Shown: in pieces, positions 1 through 10,314 of the stretch | Position numbering within the stretch: the first letter of the stretch is position 1 | Layout of the letters: each line of letters starts with the position of its first letter | DNA from: an uncultured Thermoproteaceae archaeon | Lineage (GTDB): Archaea; Thermoproteota; Thermoprotei; Thermoproteales; Thermocladiaceae | Assembly (NCBI GenBank): GCA_964575955.1 | Contig: CAZNTG010000006.1 | Location: 448,001 to 512,000 of the forward strand | Direction: 5' to 3' | Length of the DNA stretch: 64,000 bases | The notes under the pieces: model-generated | What the model was told of the DNA's origin: nothing | The model's input: the letters and a program-made list of their open reading frames with translations, nothing else | The model's database searches: none | Program-made: the position numbers and the translations under genes

Positions 1-2
1 AT

Positions 3-272
3 TTACTAGTATTACTGACATTCGTAGGTGTTTCAGGTTATGTTGCAGAGATTCTTAGATTAATAGCATACACATACTGGAAGATGGGACTTACAACAAT
101 TGCAGCATACTTCTTCTATCCTGGTCTAGTAATATATTGTGCACATCTAATATCTGTAGCAATACTATTCCTATCAATACCATTTACAAAGACTGCACAT
201 GTAGTATATAGATTCTTCGCACTACTATGGGTAAGGTATAGAGGTATTAGAGCTACAGAGTTAGTAGTTTAA
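3..272 (+). CDS. 3' end of a membrane heme-b subunit (QmoC/NarI-like), truncated by the window edge
   Basis: Frame is open from position 3; TM helices and HLISV..F.SIPFTKTAHVVYR resemble the QmoC/nitrate-reductase-gamma C-terminus. Confidence 0.55.
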   Translation, partial: LLVLLTFVGVSGYVAEILRLIAYTYWKMGLTTIAAYFFYPGLVIYCAHLISVAILFLSIPFTKTAHVVYRFFALLWVRYRGIRATELVV

Positions 273-301
273 ATATAGGTTATCGAGATATGATATGCAA
301 T

Positions 302-355
302 ATGATGAGTTCAGCGGAATATAGAACGATAGATGAGTGTAGGGTCAGTGGCTGA
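302..355 (+). ncRNA. C/D-box sRNA
   Basis: C box ATGATGA 302-308, D box CTGA 352-355, internal C'-like AGATGA, 54 nt. Confidence 0.7.
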
Positions 356-869
356 TCATATAGAGACATCTACCAGACTCATCACGCTTAATAATGACTT
401 TTCCACATGTCTCTAATATTCTTAAAGCTGTTGAAACTCTATCTGCTCTCTCACCTACAGAATCTGCAATAGTCTTCAAATTAGACTCTCTACCAATATC
501 TTTCAACTTCTTCTCAACAAGATCTACAAGATCTCTACTAACAACTCTGACAGTAGCTCTATCATTTAGAAGTCTAACAAGAATCATAGAATCACCTTCC
601 TGAATTACAAATCTCCTATCTTTAACACATATAACCTTTCTACATACTTGATCTACAACTTCAGGATCTATTTTAAACATACCATCTTCACACTCAACAA
701 CTATATTAAGCTTCTTCAAAATCCATATTAAAGTTCTTGAAAATCTACTACAAATACCGAGCTTTTCAGATAGTATTTTCCTATCAAACTTCTCAAATTT
801 TAAAATATAGATTACAGGCACTACCCATGGATATCTAGTAACTATGACTGATATCGGAATTCTAGACAT
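345..869 (-). CDS. Hypothetical protein with winged-helix-like segments
   Basis: 174 aa; C-terminal LKTIADSVGERADRVSTALRILE..GKV is HTH-like. Confidence 0.55.
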   Translation of the reverse strand: MSRIPISVIVTRYPWVVPVIYILKFEKFDRKILSEKLGICSRFSRTLIWILKKLNIVVECEDGMFKIDPEVVDQVCRKVICVKDRRFVIQEGDSMILVRLLNDRATVRVVSRDLVDLVEKKLKDIGRESNLKTIADSVGERADRVSTALRILETCGKVIIKRDESGRCLYMISH

Positions 870-948
870 GTATTACCGAGACTGATAGCTTGAAGTCTTT
901 AAGCTTAGGTTTTTAAATATTATGTGTATTATCAGTGGTGAGAGATCT

Positions 949-2034
949 ATGTCTCGTAGAAAGAAGACTGAAACTACAAGTAGTGGAAGTACAAGCACAG
1001 CATCGACCAGTGTAGAAACTACAACTACAAGTAGTGCAGAGACCAGTGACCCAGCAACACAATCATCATCACAGACAAATCCACTAGAGTCTGAATATGC
1101 TATGATGGATGTTGAAGAAATTGATGGTGTTGGTAGAGTAACGGCACAGAAGCTTCGTGAAGCTGGATATCTAACTGTTAGAGATGTAGCATTTGCAAGT
1201 GTTAAAGAGCTTGCTGAAGTTATAGGTAGTGAAGATAGAGCATATCAAATAATTAGAGCAGCACAGAAGTTGTTAAGAATTAAGCCGTTCGTAACAGCAC
1301 TAGAACTTTACGAACGTAGGAGAAATATAAAGAAGATAAGCACAGGTGTCAGATCACTAGACGAACTACTTGGAGGTGGTATTGAGACTAGAGCAATTAC
1401 AGAATTTGTAGGTGAGTTTGGTGCAGGTAAGACACAGCTATGTCACCAACTTGCAGTAATGGTACAACTTCCAGAAGATAAAGGTGGACTAAACGCTAAA
1501 GCATTATACATAGATACTGAAGGAACATTCAGACCTGAGAGGATTATGCAAATAGCAAAGTACCGTGGTCTAGATCCAAAAGAAGCACTTAAAGGAATTC
1601 TATATGCAAGAGCCTACAACAGCGATCACCAAATGATGATTGTTGATGAAGCTAGAAAGATAATAGATAAGGAGAACATTAGACTGATAATAATTGACTC
1701 ATTAATATCACACTTCAGAGCTGAATATCCAGGAAGAGAAAATCTTGCAGAAAGACAGCAGAAGTTGAATCAACACATATCACAACTATTGAGAATTGCA
1801 GATATACACAACGTAGCTGTAGTAGTTACAAATCAAGTAATTGCACAACCTGACGTATTCTTTGGAAATCCACTAAAACCTGCTGGAGGTAACGTACTTG
1901 CACATGGAGCAACATATAGAATATGGTTAAGAAAGAGTAAGGAGAGTATTAGAATTGCAAAGATATTTGACAGTCCAATGCATCCTGAGCGTGAAGTAAC
2001 ATTTAAGATAACTGAAAATGGATGTGTAGACTAG
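949..2034 (+). CDS. radA: DNA repair and recombination protein RadA
   Basis: HhH N-domain, Walker [28 protein letters not shown]; S/T-rich N-terminal tail. Confidence 0.97.
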   Translation: MSRRKKTETTSSGSTSTASTSVETTTTSSAETSDPATQSSSQTNPLESEYAMMDVEEIDGVGRVTAQKLREAGYLTVRDVAFASVKELAEVIGSEDRAYQIIRAAQKLLRIKPFVTALELYERRRNIKKISTGVRSLDELLGGGIETRAITEFVGEFGAGKTQLCHQLAVMVQLPEDKGGLNAKALYIDTEGTFRPERIMQIAKYRGLDPKEALKGILYARAYNSDHQMMIVDEARKIIDKENIRLIIIDSLISHFRAEYPGRENLAERQQKLNQHISQLLRIADIHNVAVVVTNQVIAQPDVFFGNPLKPAGGNVLAHGATYRIWLRKSKESIRIAKIFDSPMHPEREVTFKITENGCVD

Positions 2035-2041
2035 AATATTA

Positions 2042-2623
2042 ATGCCATATTTCTTCGGTATAAAAACTCCCCTCTCCAATATAGATATTGTTGATAAAAT
2101 TAATAACATCATAACAACACTACCTGTAGAACCTATACCTAGAGAACTTATACACATAACAATACTATACGTGGGTAAGTATAAAATTCCTAATGAAGTA
2201 ATTGAGAAAATTGAGAAAGATTTAATAAATATTGGCTATGTCAAGTTCAAAATTACAGATATTGTAGATATATACCCAAATATGTCAAAACCTAGAGCTA
2301 TAGTATTGAAAGTTGAAGATATTCAAAATAGACTTTCAAAAGTTAGAGGTATAATAATGAGTAGATTGAGAGAATTTAAAATTCCAATAGAGGACAAGTA
2401 TATTCATACATTTTCTCCACATATTACAATTGGGAGAATTAGAAGTAAGATAGATATGTTACAGGTTAGAGATATTGTTGAGATTGTTAGTGAGAGTGTT
2501 AGAGGTTATTCGAAGATTGTAGATGTAGATTTTATAGAACTTATAGATTCTTCAGATGGTTTATATAGAACAATGAGAAAGATATTTCTTAATCCTCAAA
2601 AACAAGATCTAGATACTCTCTAA
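2042..2623 (+). CDS. thpR: RNA 2',3'-cyclic phosphodiesterase (2H family)
   Basis: Two HxT motifs (IHITI, PHITIGR). Confidence 0.85.
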   Translation: MPYFFGIKTPLSNIDIVDKINNIITTLPVEPIPRELIHITILYVGKYKIPNEVIEKIEKDLINIGYVKFKITDIVDIYPNMSKPRAIVLKVEDIQNRLSKVRGIIMSRLREFKIPIEDKYIHTFSPHITIGRIRSKIDMLQVRDIVEIVSESVRGYSKIVDVDFIELIDSSDGLYRTMRKIFLNPQKQDLDTL

Positions 2624-3350
2624 TATTTTCGAAGTAGAAGTTGTTTCTTGAGAATGATCTAAAATCATCATACTTATCTAGAAAACTTCTTCCATATTCA
2701 CTCATTATATTCGTAAATTTTCTAGTTTCTAAAAATAGTCTTGAACCAATATCTCTATATCCAGCTAATTCAAAACTTATTGGAATATCCCAGCAAAGTG
2801 CTTCTAATGCTCTTACTTTAGGATTTGTTTTTATATCTTCTGCGATATTTACAATATCTTTAGCATTGTTATGAAATTCTTGTGCAATAATTTCTTTATA
2901 TCTTCTAGATACTAGTAAGCTATCTACAAGTCTTAATATTATTGCTGTAGATAACATTGCATCTAGAGGTGATATTTTATCAATATTTTCGGGTATAGCC
3001 CATCTTTCAACGTGTATTGGATCCATAATTACTTCATATGTTGTTAATTCTCTAGCAATCTCCAATCTCAATTCATCAATACTCATGTTTACAAAATCTT
3101 TTCTAATAGATAGTACTGGTTCTAGAGTATCATAATCTATGAATAGTTTTATAGGTTTTTCATCATATTCAACATTCTTCTCAATACCTAATATACTTCT
3201 AACAACATCATGAGAATCTACAACATGTACAATCAACACATCAGGAAGTATGTAAACATCTTTTATAACATTCTTTATAATCTTCTCTAAAACATCGAGA
3301 TGATCCTTATGAATATCTGAACTTACTATAAGTTCAAGTCTAGTATTCAC
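2589..3350 (-). CDS. Hypothetical protein
   Basis: 253 aa ORF with genome-typical composition. Confidence 0.65.
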   Translation of the reverse strand: MNTRLELIVSSDIHKDHLDVLEKIIKNVIKDVYILPDVLIVHVVDSHDVVRSILGIEKNVEYDEKPIKLFIDYDTLEPVLSIRKDFVNMSIDELRLEIARELTTYEVIMDPIHVERWAIPENIDKISPLDAMLSTAIILRLVDSLLVSRRYKEIIAQEFHNNAKDIVNIAEDIKTNPKVRALEALCWDIPISFELAGYRDIGSRLFLETRKFTNIMSEYGRSFLDKYDDFRSFSRNNFYFENIREYLDLVFED

Positions 3351-3390
3351 AATCTTTCTAAAGCTTTAGAAATTTAAAAATCTTAGAAAT

Positions 3391-3445
3391 TCAGCACTGC
3401 CGGCGTATCTTCATATGTCTAGAGTGGCCACGGAGCAGTCATCAT
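3391..3445 (-). ncRNA. C/D-box sRNA, probable 16S rRNA guide
   Basis: Minus strand ATGATGA...ATGAAGA...CTGA; guides TACGCCGGCAGT and CCGTGGCC are complementary to recalled crenarchaeal 16S ACUGCCGGCGU and GGCCACGG. Confidence 0.85.
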
Positions 3446-3475
3446 CTATGACCTATGTCTACTAGGATAAATATA

Positions 3476-3527
3476 TCAGTTGCGAGAAGTCCTTCATCAC
3501 CACTCATCACAGTCCTGGGCTCATCAT
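3476..3527 (-). ncRNA. C/D-box sRNA
   Basis: Minus strand ATGATGA-guide-ATGA-GTG-GTGATGA-guide-CTGA. Confidence 0.85.
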
Positions 3528-3572
3528 CTTACATATATTTATATAGTGGAAGTAGAATCCTACAGTACTCTC

Positions 3573-4349
3573 ATGCTTCCAATAATATCAATCTTAGGTT
3601 ATAAAGATTCAGGTAAGACAAGATTAATATCACAGATATGTGCTAAGTTGATAGATAAGGGATTTAAAATACTTCCTGTTAAGCATATTCCACATAAAGA
3701 CTTCACAATTAACAATACTGACAAAGATACATCAAAATTAAGAAAGTATTGTAGATATTCTGCATATTTTGCTGAAAGTCTGGAGTTCGGTCTCATAATA
3801 TCTAACTTCAATAGAGATGAATTATTTGAAACATTATTAAAAATATACAACACTCTACAACTAGACTTAATAATACTTGAAGGATTTTCAAAATATGTCT
3901 TAAAAAATGACAAGATTATCAAGATTGTATGTGTTAAGAATATTGAAGATATAGAAGATTTCTATGGTGAAGGTATTCATATATTTTGCTCATTTAATAT
4001 TAAGTCAAGCACAATATTAAAATTACCTGAAGATATTAATATATTGATAAACTTCATTGAAAGATTTATAAGTATATTCAAGATCTTTAATAGACTTCCA
4101 AAATTAGACTGTGGTAAGTGTGGACTATCTTGTTGGAAGATGGCTGAGAAGATATTTAGAGGTGAAGCAAGACTTGAAGATTGTCATAATTTATCTAATG
4201 TTGAGATATATGTAGATGGTAGATCTATAAAGTTGAATAGATTTGTTCAAAATATTGTAAGAAATGTTATGTATGGAATATTGAAGTCTTTGAAAGATGT
4301 TCCTGATATATATTCAGAAGTTTTTGTTAGAATTAGAGAGTTATCATGA
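3573..4349 (+). CDS. mobB: Molybdopterin-guanine dinucleotide biosynthesis protein B with Fe-S domain
   Basis: GYKDSGKT, VKH, LIILEGF, LPKLDCGKCG..C..C; start moved to ATG 3573 because the longer ORF overlaps an sRNA. Confidence 0.85.
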   Translation: MLPIISILGYKDSGKTRLISQICAKLIDKGFKILPVKHIPHKDFTINNTDKDTSKLRKYCRYSAYFAESLEFGLIISNFNRDELFETLLKIYNTLQLDLIILEGFSKYVLKNDKIIKIVCVKNIEDIEDFYGEGIHIFCSFNIKSSTILKLPEDINILINFIERFISIFKIFNRLPKLDCGKCGLSCWKMAEKIFRGEARLEDCHNLSNVEIYVDGRSIKLNRFVQNIVRNVMYGILKSLKDVPDIYSEVFVRIRELS

Positions 4350-5169
4350 TTATTTTACAATTTTTGTTCCTCTACCTTCTAATGCTTCCTGTATAGGTCT
4401 TTCTCTAAGACCATTATATAGTACTACGTTGATCCCTTCTTTAGCTATCTGTGATGCCATGTATAATTTTCTTTTCATTCCTCCACGAACTTCTTCACTT
4501 TCTTTAAATATCTTTTCAGCTTCTTGTGATGTTAATTTATCAACAACTTTACCATTTATTAATAGTCCATCTACATCTAGCAATATTATACAGTATTGTG
4601 GTTTTATGCTTAAAGATATCATGTATGTTACTTGGTCACTATCTACATTTAGCATTGTTCCTCTACTATCTACTGCTATTGGTGCAATTACTGGTAGATA
4701 TCCTTTCTCTAAAATTGTGTTTAGTAATTCTACATTTACGTTAATTATCTTACCTGTATATCCACCATCAATAACTCTTTGTCTTCCTCTCTCATCTACA
4801 ATTATTATATTCTCTTTTCTTTTAGCTAGAAGAATCTTACCATCAATTCCTGAAAGTCCTACAGCATTTACACCTAATTCTAGAAGTTTTGAAACTATCA
4901 TCTTGTTAATCCACATCATACCCATCACATAGCACCAAAGAGTATTCCAATCTGTATATCTACTAACAACTCCACTAGGACTTTTTACAAATATTGGCTT
5001 AATGTTTAGTTTCTCCATAAGCTCTGTAACGTAGTAACCACCACCGTGTACTAGTACTATCTTATGGCCCTTATCTACAAGTTCTTTTAAATCTTTTAAT
5101 ACATTATCAACACCTTTACGTATTACCGAACCACCAACTTTTACAAGGATCGTGGCAAAGATTGACCAC
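4350..5169 (-). CDS. lysZ: [LysW]-aminoadipate/glutamate kinase (LysZ/ArgB family) with start anomaly
   Basis: VKVGGS and VHGGG are encoded upstream of the track start; GGYTGKI, NVDSD, GGMKRKL; the likely GTG at 5169 is one base out of frame. Confidence 0.85.
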
Positions 5170-5213
5170 CCACTCTGAATGATTGTGAATATTTTTAAGC
5201 TATACTATGTAAC

Positions 5214-5675
5214 CTATTCTCCTGTACTTGATGTCTGTATTGTTGTTTTCTCTCTTTCCTCTAAGTACCTCTCAACAAGTTCGTCAATAGTCTTCTTAAC
5301 CTCATCTTTAGGTAATGCTGATGCTAGTAGATCAACTATCTCTCTTAGTTTTAACTCAACTTTAGATTTGACATTATCAATATAGAATTCTCTTCCCTTC
5401 TCTGTCAGGTTGTAGTACACTTTCAATTTTACACCCTTAACCTCTACCTGCTTATTAACAAGACCAAGATTTACAAGCTTATTCAATACCTGTGTAAGTG
5501 TTGCCTTACTCATAGATTTCCTTCCCTGTCTGGCTCTTCTCTTAGATATCTCTGCCAGAATATCACTCCAGGTCAATTTACAGTCTGGCGACTTACATAG
5601 CTCACACATAACACTTAGAACTTCAAACTCACTCTCAGTAAGTTCAACTTTCTGAATCTCTGCCACATTATCCAA
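5214..5675 (-). CDS. Winged-helix transcriptional regulator
   Basis: SKATLTQVLNKLVNLGLV...YYNLTEKG. Confidence 0.75.
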   Translation of the reverse strand: MDNVAEIQKVELTESEFEVLSVMCELCKSPDCKLTWSDILAEISKRRARQGRKSMSKATLTQVLNKLVNLGLVNKQVEVKGVKLKVYYNLTEKGREFYIDNVKSKVELKLREIVDLLASALPKDEVKKTIDELVERYLEEREKTTIQTSSTGE

Positions 5676-5750
5676 AGCTTACTAGTTCCTTATAAATCTT
5701 AGTTTTAGGAAAGTTAGAGCACTTACATGGAGAATACTGGTTTATCAAAT

Positions 5751-6809
5751 CTATGTAGTTACACTTCTTTCTCTCCTAACCTTCTCTATAAATTCAGGAA
5801 CAATGTACTTATTTATTATGTCCATTATCATCCTCTTAGACACTTCCTGATCTATAGCAGATATCTCATACACATCTTTAACTACTCTAGATACTTGACT
5901 TTTAGCTCTTTCAATCTCTTCTTTTGAAGCTATGTCAATCTTATTTATAACAGCAACTATAGGTATATTATTGAAGTTTTGAACAATCTCCTCAAGAAGT
6001 TTAATCTGTCTCTCAATCTCATAACCTGAGTGTAATGTTGGGTCAACTATGAATAGTATTATCTTTGCAAGATGTTTTAATGCAAGAACAGCCTGTCTCT
6101 CAATCTTGTTCATTTCACTAATAGGTCTATCAAGAAGACCTGGAGTATCTATTATCTGTACTATAGCATCACCGTATAGTCTAATATGTCCAACATGTAT
6201 TTCCTTAGTAGTGAATGGGTATTCAGCAACTTCAGGTTTTGCTGAAGATACAGCTCTGACAAGACTAGACTTACCAACATTAGGCATTCCAGCCACAACT
6301 ATAGTATACAATTCAGGATTTATTGATGGAAGCTTCTTAATCTTTCTAACAGCATCTCTCAAATACTCTAATTCAGGTGCTATATCTTCAATAAGATCTA
6401 TAATTCTTCCAATAAACATCTTCCTAGCCTTAATAATCTCTTCACGAGAACCTGCAGTTCTTATCATAAATAATGCATCTCTCTCAATAGCTCTAATAGC
6501 TGTTGGAAGATGTGCAATCTTTCCAAGAGAATGTCTATACATGTTAATATCAATTAGTAGATCGAGAAGTTCTCTATAGAAAGGATGAAGCTTATCTACA
6601 AATGGCATATTCATAACAATATCTCTAGAAAATTCTATCAAATACTTACTAGTCTCCTTAACTCTCCTAATCTCTAATCTTCTCAACTTTATAAATCCAG
6701 GATCAGTAGATGGTGAAGGAACTTCAACAGTCTTATATCTACTAACAATCATCCTAATAAGTTCATCTTTAGAAGGTATGTATGGTAATGGTCTAGTTAC
6801 AATACTCAT
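5751..6809 (-). CDS. NOG1-family GTP-binding protein
   Basis: LHPFY, GMPNVGKS, YPFTT, DTPG, NKID. Confidence 0.92.
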   Translation of the reverse strand: MSIVTRPLPYIPSKDELIRMIVSRYKTVEVPSPSTDPGFIKLRRLEIRRVKETSKYLIEFSRDIVMNMPFVDKLHPFYRELLDLLIDINMYRHSLGKIAHLPTAIRAIERDALFMIRTAGSREEIIKARKMFIGRIIDLIEDIAPELEYLRDAVRKIKKLPSINPELYTIVVAGMPNVGKSSLVRAVSSAKPEVAEYPFTTKEIHVGHIRLYGDAIVQIIDTPGLLDRPISEMNKIERQAVLALKHLAKIILFIVDPTLHSGYEIERQIKLLEEIVQNFNNIPIVAVINKIDIASKEEIERAKSQVSRVVKDVYEISAIDQEVSKRMIMDIINKYIVPEFIEKVRRERSVTT

Positions 6810-6867
6810 ACAATCACTATAGCAATATTCACAATTATTCTAAATTTTAAAAAACTTTCCATATGCA

Positions 6868-7365
6868 CTATACAATAACTGAAGTTAGTAAGTACATAGA
6901 TATTGCTAAAATTATTACAAGACCTAGATATGCTAGACATGTTGTATATATAATATTTTCTGCAATATGTTTAACACTTTTCAATACATTTAACTCTCTA
7001 GCAATTACGATACAGAAAGAATTTATTAAAGTTATCAATATTACAAGAGTTAGGGAGTACATGAGTTTAAATAGTGATAATAATATGAAAAGCATTACAA
7101 CTATCGAAAATGTACATATTGTAAATATCAAACTCTTGTTAAAATCTCTCACTTCTCTAATAAATACTCTACCAATATTCGCAAATATTAATGTTATTAA
7201 TGGTGCTAAAACTAATATTAATGCAATCCACTTAACAGCTGTCACATTCTTTATAAAGTATATAACAATTCCAGGTAACGATCCCATTAATGTTGCATGT
7301 ATAGGTTCATATAGATCTGAATATTCTATAACTATGTCTAGTAATGATTTTATAAGTTTACTCAT
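6868..7365 (-). CDS. Hypothetical membrane protein
   Basis: 165 aa, about 5 hydrophobic segments. Confidence 0.55.
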   Translation of the reverse strand: MSKLIKSLLDIVIEYSDLYEPIHATLMGSLPGIVIYFIKNVTAVKWIALILVLAPLITLIFANIGRVFIREVRDFNKSLIFTICTFSIVVMLFILLSLFKLMYSLTLVILITLINSFCIVIARELNVLKSVKHIAENIIYTTCLAYLGLVIILAISMYLLTSVIV

Positions 7366-7436
7366 AACCTATATCTATACTCCTATATCTGTAATGTTTT
7401 TAAACTTGAATTTTAAGTATAGTCTAGATTTCTGAA

Positions 7437-7485
7437 GTGATGAGCTACGGATCTGGTGATTGAATGATCGAAATGGGATTGCTGA
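7437..7485 (+). ncRNA. C/D-box sRNA
   Basis: GTGATGA 7437-7443, CTGA 7482-7485, TATA-like TTTTTAAA about 35 nt upstream. Confidence 0.75.
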
Positions 7486-7487
7486 TT

Positions 7488-7652
7488 TTAGTAGTATTTC
7501 TTAAATCCTAACTGCTCAGCAACTTCTCTAAAACATCTTCTACATAGCATTAAACCATACTTTCTAATTATTGCTTCATGTGTTCCACATCTTAGACATC
7601 TCATAGATCCTTTTCCAAACTTTCTCTGTTTTGGTGGTTTTATTTTTGCCAT
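7488..7652 (-). CDS. rps14: 30S ribosomal protein S14 (uS14)
   Basis: [20 protein letters not shown]...CRRCFRE zinc finger; true start ATG 7652. Confidence 0.95.
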   Translation of the reverse strand: MAKIKPPKQRKFGKGSMRCLRCGTHEAIIRKYGLMLCRRCFREVAEQLGFKKYY

Positions 7653-7737
7653 ATGTTTCTCAATATTAGATAGGCATATTAATATCTTACGCACCCATAA
7701 AGAATGAGTTATATTGTTCAAAGAGTATTGAATCAAT

Positions 7738-8148
7738 ATGGGCATAGTATGTGTTAAGGTTAGGATATGTAGTTTAGATAAGTCCAAGTGTGTAGATACT
7801 GAAGCTATTGTAGATACAGGATCTACATTGACTGTCATTCCTAAGAATATTGCAGAAGAGTTAGAGCTTAAGGTTAGGAGAATTGATAAGGTTCTCACAG
7901 GTAGTGGACTTATAAATATTGAAGTTTCTTCAGCAATAATAGAGATTATGGGTAAGGAGACTGTTAATGATGTTTGGATTAGTCCAAGTATTGATAGAGT
8001 ACTTATTGGTGCTGTAACACTTGAATGTCTAGGTCTTAGAGTTGACCCTATAACAGGTAGGCTTGTTGAGACTTTTCAAATGTTCTATCTATCAAATCTA
8101 TGTCAAGTCTCCACAAGTACAGAAGACTTCATATATCAAAGTATGTAG
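7738..8148 (+). CDS. Retropepsin-like (clan AA) aspartyl protease
   Basis: AIVDTGS and [14 protein letters not shown] motifs. Confidence 0.85.
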   Translation: MGIVCVKVRICSLDKSKCVDTEAIVDTGSTLTVIPKNIAEELELKVRRIDKVLTGSGLINIEVSSAIIEIMGKETVNDVWISPSIDRVLIGAVTLECLGLRVDPITGRLVETFQMFYLSNLCQVSTSTEDFIYQSM

Positions 8149-8850
8149 ATCTTCAAGACCTTCACCAGTTATTGAACATATCTTAACTATTCTCTGTTTC
8201 TTCTCAATCTTCTTGATAGTATTCCAAAGTTCATATACAAGATCTCTCTCAGTTCCTGCTAACTCTACATCTTTAACATCTATACCTTCATTTAGTATAT
8301 TTTCAACATTTGGATTTAGATCTATCTTAGATATTGCCGTTATTACTGGAACATCTATCCTATACCTGATGGCCAATGCCATAAGTTTTAGAAATGCGAT
8401 ATCTCTAACACTTCTAATAATATCTGCAGGTATTAGAAATACTATACATGATCTAGTTCTTTCTGAAAATAATTTCATAATCTTAATACATGCTTCATGA
8501 AATATTGTTAATTCAAGCTGACCTGGCGTATCTACTAGTATATAGTCATAATCTTCCTTCACATACTCTATAAGATTTTTAATATCATTTTCATACTTTA
8601 ATAAAAGTTCAACACTTCTAATTAATGCTAAATTTGGCCCTATTTTCTCCTCTTTCATTATCTTTGAAACTGTGTAGTATGTTCTAATATCAAAATCTGG
8701 CTCATATGGAATATCTTCAACAGCTGCATCAAGATTTACATAACATACTTTGAAGTTTTGTTCTTCTAAATATCTACCTAAAGTACTTGTTAGTGTAGTT
8801 TTACCACTACCTGCTGGTCCAACTATGAATACTGTCTTTACCCATGTCAC
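8098..8850 (-). CDS. GPN-loop GTPase
   Basis: GPAGSGKTT, NLD, IGPN, DTPGQ. Confidence 0.92.
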   Translation of the reverse strand: MTWVKTVFIVGPAGSGKTTLTSTLGRYLEEQNFKVCYVNLDAAVEDIPYEPDFDIRTYYTVSKIMKEEKIGPNLALIRSVELLLKYENDIKNLIEYVKEDYDYILVDTPGQLELTIFHEACIKIMKLFSERTRSCIVFLIPADIIRSVRDIAFLKLMALAIRYRIDVPVITAISKIDLNPNVENILNEGIDVKDVELAGTERDLVYELWNTIKKIEKKQRIVKICSITGEGLEDLHTLIYEVFCTCGDLT

Positions 8851-8923
8851 ATGTTAATACAGTTTGACATGGTTAAATTCTTACTTTCATGTAGAAGCAG
8901 TTATAAAGGGGTTTTAGATAGCC

Positions 8924-9607
8924 ATGTTAATGTCTTCAGACTTCACTAAAGGTCAACAGTTGAGTAAGGAAAGTGTAGTTCATGAAGTTGCTGGTGTACC
9001 TATCATTGAGGAGTGTCCTAGAGATTTGAAGACTCTTGATGGTCAAGAAATTAAGCTATTCGGTAAGTGGAGCTATGAAGATGTTATTGTTAGAGATCCA
9101 GGACTTAGAAGATATATATGTCTAAAACCTGTACTACTACCACACACAGAGGGTAGATATCAGAAGAGGAGATTTGGAAAAGCTAAGATTCCAATAGTTG
9201 AGAGATTGATAAATCAGTTAATGCATCCTGGTAGAAATTCAGGTAAGAAACATAAAGCATACAACATAGTTAAGAGAGCATTTGACATAATATGGCTTAA
9301 GACAGGTAAGAATCCAATACAGGTACTTGTAGACGCAATAATAAATGCAGCACCTAGAGAAGAAATTACAAGAATAATATATGGAGGTATTGCATATCCA
9401 GTATCAGTAGATGTAGCACCACAGAGAAGAGTAGACCTCGCAATTAGATGGATAACTGAAGGTGCAAGATCATGCGCATACAATAATCCAAAACCAATAG
9501 AAGAATGTCTAGCAGATGAAATTATAGCAGCAGCAAATAACGATCCTAAAAGTTATGCTATAAGAAAGAAGGATGAAGTTGAGAGAATTGCAGCATCAGC
9601 AAGATAA
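8924..9607 (+). CDS. rps7: 30S ribosomal protein S7
   Basis: [31 protein letters not shown]. Confidence 0.97.
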   Translation: MLMSSDFTKGQQLSKESVVHEVAGVPIIEECPRDLKTLDGQEIKLFGKWSYEDVIVRDPGLRRYICLKPVLLPHTEGRYQKRRFGKAKIPIVERLINQLMHPGRNSGKKHKAYNIVKRAFDIIWLKTGKNPIQVLVDAIINAAPREEITRIIYGGIAYPVSVDVAPQRRVDLAIRWITEGARSCAYNNPKPIEECLADEIIAAANNDPKSYAIRKKDEVERIAASAR

Positions 9608-9619
9608 TGTAAAATATTA

Positions 9620-10300
9620 ATGCTAATTCAAGAAATATATGAAGAGATAAAACATTATAGAAAGATAATAAAGGATAGAATAGAGAGTAATATTATAAAA
9701 AACACATCAGAACCATTAAAATCATTTATAGAAGCATTAATAAATAGAGATATAGTACATCCACTACCTGAAAATAGATTAGCAGGACTTATAACATTAT
9801 TTAGAATATTATCATTACCAAACAATTATAGAATAGTTAGAACATATATACAGGATAGATTAGAATCACTATATCTAACACACATATTAGAATATGTTGG
9901 TTTAAGAGAATGTTATTCAATAATTTTAAACAAGAGTAGGATTTTAATATCAATACCTGAGATATGTTTAATGAGTATAGATACATACTGTATGCGGAAA
10001 ATAGATAAAATACTTGGAGAATTATGTACAAAGACTAGCAAGATACTAGACTATGATTTAGAGATATGTGATGACTATACTTCTATAAGAATAATGTTTC
10101 AGGGATATGTAAGAGATATGTATTGTAAACCTTGTAGATTTATAGATATAACTGTTAAAGGTCTACATGATAGTAGTATTATATCTTTAAGATTTCTAGA
10201 TGATATAGGGTCTAGAGTTAGGTATGTGATGTCTAGCTTATCTACAAGTTCAGAAACTAGGTCTGGATTATTGTATTATCAGATAGTTCAACTATCTTGA
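9620..10300 (+). CDS. Hypothetical protein
   Basis: 226 aa ORF directly after rps7. Confidence 0.6.
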   Translation: MLIQEIYEEIKHYRKIIKDRIESNIIKNTSEPLKSFIEALINRDIVHPLPENRLAGLITLFRILSLPNNYRIVRTYIQDRLESLYLTHILEYVGLRECYSIILNKSRILISIPEICLMSIDTYCMRKIDKILGELCTKTSKILDYDLEICDDYTSIRIMFQGYVRDMYCKPCRFIDITVKGLHDSSIISLRFLDDIGSRVRYVMSSLSTSSETRSGLLYYQIVQLS

Positions 10301-10314
10301 ATAATCTACATTTA

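Noticed and set aside
949-1090. Ser/Thr-rich RadA N-terminal tail as a novelty
   Set aside because: Variable disordered N-terminal extensions are common in crenarchaeal RadA; no intein or repeat structure seen
4297-4932. Long antisense ORFs (also 6049-6579, 6863-7435, 32159-32797, 61581-62153)
   Set aside because: They are shadows of genes on the opposite strand and carry no motifs
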